A stretch of 64,000 bases of DNA from assembly GCA_051532035.1 (NCBI GenBank), contig JAOPTW010000013.1, positions 192,001-256,000 on the forward strand. Direction: 5' to 3'. Below, one piece after another: positions 60,820-64,000 of the stretch. The position numbers and the translations under genes were made by a program. Origin of the DNA: Fibrobacterales bacterium (lineage in GTDB: Bacteria > Fibrobacterota > Fibrobacteria > Fibrobacterales > JAOPTW01). The notes under the pieces are model-generated. The model searched no databases. It had not been told where the DNA came from and was given only the letters and a program-made list of their open reading frames with translations. Numbering within the stretch: position 1 is the first letter of the stretch; the number at the start of each line of letters is the position of its first letter.

Positions 60820-61049
60820 CGGTATTGATAACAAAACCCCATCAATAATGGTTACAAACGATTATCATTATTCGAAAAGTTGCTGTCCAGAAGCCATTGG
60901 CACCCAACCATATGCATGATTGCCAGTAGAGTTATCAAAACCTTTTACACAAGCATAGATTGTGGTTGTTTGAAAATAGTGACCATTTGTTTGAGCAGAG
61001 ATAGAACCAACGTTATCGTATCCACACTCAGGTTTTGGCATTCCACCCC

Positions 61050-61115
61050 AGTTGCAAAAGCTGCTTCCCAGTTAAGAACGATTTTGTCGATGTATTTACG
61101 AGAGCCAAGATCAAT
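61050..61115 (-). pseudogene. About 66-bp fragment of an F5/8 gene paralogous to 20377..21078
   Basis: IDLGSRKYIDKIVLNWEAAFAT vs IDLGSRKYIDKITLNWEAAFAT. Confidence 0.8.
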
Positions 61116-61336
61116 TAAGAAAGTAAAATGCGAGGTTGGCCCACCCAAGAATTCACGCTAATCACCATTCCATAGCTTAAACCCACAATACTCAATAAAC
61201 CAAATGATCATCAATTTGCAACAACATTGGAACACAAGGACAGGCACAAACACCATTTCAGCCGAAACCTATTTTGAATTGTGATTTTTTCACACTATAT
61301 TATCCTCAACACACACATATACACAACTAAAGGTTA

Positions 61337-62251
61337 ATGATGATTACAAAATTGATATTCGGTACCGCGTTAATGGCAGCAACAGCTTTTGCAGGAACAT
61401 ATACTTATCAGCACGCTGATGCTTCAGTAGGACTCCCAGACGGTGTGAGAGCTCCGTATAAAGAAAAAACAATAACGCTCGATACTGAAAATGAAATCAT
61501 AGCTATTTCTGTTACTATGAGCGAATGTAAGGCGACTCTGTATGATATTACAACCTATACTTATTCAACAGCGAGTTGTAACGACTGGGAACTCTACGAC
61601 GTAGAGACTGACTATAGAATAAATGGAAACAACTTATACCAAGTTGGGATTGATGCAAAAGTAAGAAACCCTAATCATACTTCTAACTTGGTTTATTCTG
61701 GTAACGATATTTTCCTTACCATTGCTGTAGAATACACATCTACTTCAGTTTTCGACGCAAACGATCGTTCACTCAATCTCACCCTTGAAAATACAGAGTG
61801 GGCAGATATTCATTACACAATAAACGACGGCGGCCAATTAAACTATAGAATGATTAAAACTGGAGAAAGCGCATTCAAACAAGAACTCTTTCAAAATATT
61901 GTAAATGGTGATGTCATTGAATACTATACAACCTCATTCACCAATGGTGGTATAGAAAGCAGCCAATGGTCTACCACTACTGTAAGTGGAATCGTACCCG
62001 TTGCCGAAGGTTCTTATACACCAGCAACTCAAACACTTGCTTTAACAGCCATTAAAAATCTTCAGTGGGTTGATGTTCACTATTCAATCAACGGATCATC
62101 TCAGTACAACTACAGAATGTCTGGATCGCAAAAATATTTTTCTTTTGTTATTCCTCAGATTGTTACAACAAATGATATCATTGAGTACAATTTCACTTAT
62201 TCTCTCAATGGAGTCTCGACAAATACAGCTTCTCAAACAGTCACTCACTAA
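61337..62251 (+). CDS. Secreted protein with two CBM56-like modules
   Basis: Signal peptide; WADIHYTINDGGQLNYRM and WVDVHYSINGSSQYNYRM. Confidence 0.8.
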   Translation: MMITKLIFGTALMAATAFAGTYTYQHADASVGLPDGVRAPYKEKTITLDTENEIIAISVTMSECKATLYDITTYTYSTASCNDWELYDVETDYRINGNNLYQVGIDAKVRNPNHTSNLVYSGNDIFLTIAVEYTSTSVFDANDRSLNLTLENTEWADIHYTINDGGQLNYRMIKTGESAFKQELFQNIVNGDVIEYYTTSFTNGGIESSQWSTTTVSGIVPVAEGSYTPATQTLALTAIKNLQWVDVHYSINGSSQYNYRMSGSQKYFSFVIPQIVTTNDIIEYNFTYSLNGVSTNTASQTVTH

Positions 62252-62276
62252 TATTACAGCATAAACAGCATTGTTC

Positions 62277-62305
62277 AAAAGTCATCCTCACAAGGGTGGC
62301 TTTTT
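62277..62305. terminator. Bidirectional terminator
   Basis: aaaagtcatcct..agggtggctttt. Confidence 0.7.
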
Positions 62306-62395
62306 GTAGCTTCTACTAGGAGTCATTGCATGCGGAAAGAAATACTTATCAATTGAACTTCCCAGCTTCAACTCCTAGAATTAACAATGTGAACC

Positions 62396-64000
62396 CTAAA
62401 ATACTGTAAACGATATAGGAATAGAGAAAAATTCATCATCAGCATTACTGTACAATAATAATGAATAGGTATACGTTCCCGGACTGAGAAGAATCGCACT
62501 GCAGTGTATTGTTATTGTAGCGGAACCACCCGCATCAATAAGACCATAGGTAGTCTCAATCGTCAACCAATCAGGTAAGAGAATATCAAACACATCATAT
62601 GACAGTTGTTTAAAGCTTGTATTTAAAACCGTTAATGGTAACTCTATTTCATCGCCACTCGCAACCTGAGTACTAAATGACGAATCACTTAATGCAATAT
62701 TAGGAACATTAATAGCGTGACCCTCAAGAGGTATCGCTAACGAATCGGGAAAACTCCCTTTAATTATTAAGGTATCAACACACTCCCCTTCTAAACTTGG
62801 GGTAAAGGTAATTACCGAACTCAAAGTGGATTGCGCACTGACGATATCACCAGACTGAAAAGGGATAGTGAAACAACTGCCTACTAATGAAGCCGATGCT
62901 ATAGTAACATCAAAATTACTCAAGTTGTCAAGAGTCAGTGTACGCTGAGACGAGAGACCTAATTTGAGAGTATCAAAGGCCATGGAAAACTGGTCAGGTC
63001 TGAGTCCCCTATTATCTACTGTCGTGCCAATAACAGTCAACTGTTTACGAACGACTTCATTATCATTTGATGCAATTTTTGAGATCAAGGTTATACTATT
63101 TGAATAGAAGCCAATGTGCTCTGGCGCAAACACAATAGGAATCAATTCAGTGTTATTTGCGGCTACCGTTATAGGTAGAGTTTGCCCATGAGAAAAATAG
63201 GTGTTAGAAAAATTGAGTGTGGTTAACTCGATTGCATCATTAGATATATTTTCTAAAAGGAGTGTACATAACTGTATAGAAGCAACCTGTACATTCAACA
63301 GATGAGTATCAGATACACGCGTATGCACCACAGCATCTGTAACTCCCGTTTCAATAGAATACACCAATGGCGACACCTGTAAAGGGTCGTTATGGTACAC
63401 AGATATTTCTTCTGTATACACTCCAACGGGTAAGTCACGAGGCGCTAACAAAAGAGAGTCAAGAACATTTTGGTATGATGTTATCGATTCACCATCATAG
63501 TGAGAAGAAACTAATTTAAAAGGGTTGTATATTTCTACACTCAAACTATCATGTAGATAAGCCTCGTTATGGGCGACAGAGAATCCAATTGCTCCATCGG
63601 CATCCTGTATACCTATAGTTGCAGATTGGAGGTCAGCAACAGTTTCGACATCCTTATAGTTAAACGCAACTGAACCGTCTACATTCAGTACCACTTGAAA
63701 AGTGAGTGTCCCTATAAAATATTTTTTAACCATATGATTAAACTGTACAATAACCTTTTGGTCATCCAAAAGTACAAAGATACCACTTGCAGAATCATTT
63801 GATATTTCAAGGTCATCAAAAAAAGGTGCTAACACATTTTTAGGTGTGTCTTGCGTATTGGGAAACGCCTCGCCAGTATTGTCATCATAGAAACCATTTC
63901 CATCAGAAAATGAGATAAACCCATTGCTATTCACATATATCTTATTGTACACAGACCCATAATATTGAAATCTAAAAGGGAGTACAATTACATCCCTATT
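62396..64000 (-). CDS. C-terminal part of a large surface protein (NIDO-like plus Ig-like/choice-of-anchor D repeats); starts beyond the window
   Basis: Frame open to 64000: LPFRFQYYGSVYNKIYVNSNG, LAPFFDDL, SATIGIQ; repeated Ig-like units. Confidence 0.8.
   Translation of the reverse strand, partial: NRDVIVLPFRFQYYGSVYNKIYVNSNGFISFSDGNGFYDDNTGEAFPNTQDTPKNVLAPFFDDLEISNDSASGIFVLLDDQKVIVQFNHMVKKYFIGTLTFQVVLNVDGSVAFNYKDVETVADLQSATIGIQDADGAIGFSVAHNEAYLHDSLSVEIYNPFKLVSSHYDGESITSYQNVLDSLLLAPRDLPVGVYTEEISVYHNDPLQVSPLVYSIETGVTDAVVHTRVSDTHLLNVQVASIQLCTLLLENISNDAIELTTLNFSNTYFSHGQTLPITVAANNTELIPIVFAPEHIGFYSNSITLISKIASNDNEVVRKQLTVIGTTVDNRGLRPDQFSMAFDTLKLGLSSQRTLTLDNLSNFDVTIASASLVGSCFTIPFQSGDIVSAQSTLSSVITFTPSLEGECVDTLIIKGSFPDSLAIPLEGHAINVPNIALSDSSFSTQVASGDEIELPLTVLNTSFKQLSYDVFDILLPDWLTIETTYGLIDAGGSATITIHCSAILLSPGTYTYSLLLYSNADDEFFSIPISFTVF

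Overview
AT-rich bacterial DNA, most likely Fibrobacterota, judged from two Fibrobacter succinogenes major-domain proteins and many Ser-rich-linker lipoproteins. Larger genes encode secreted or lipoprotein glycan- and protein-handling modules: CotH kinase, M60-like peptidase, C25 gingipain-like peptidase with CBM32/CBM4_9, GH12-like, ricin-B, CBM56, VWA and LamG proteins. Signalling genes include 7TM-DISM LytS/LytTR, a hybrid histidine kinase with a REC-HD-GYP-REC partner, and a class III adenylate cyclase. There is also a three-gene phospholipid operon, an Rpn-family nuclease and an OmpA/PG-binding + HExxH gene pair. The most striking feature is non-coding. Between about 6 and 47 kb, many short minus-strand genes are bracketed by a recurring set of intergenic modules: a promoter-like module upstream, and downstream modules (one a 13-bp inverted repeat with a compensatory change) ending in a GTTRRRY-like core next to the stop codon. 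This resembles integron-like site-specific gene capture, but no canonical attC sites or integrase are visible in the window. Intergenic DNA also holds stitched gene fragments (HsdR/HipA/HIRAN and copies of local genes). No rRNA, tRNA or CRISPR array was seen. All family calls are motif recognition by eye, without database searches.
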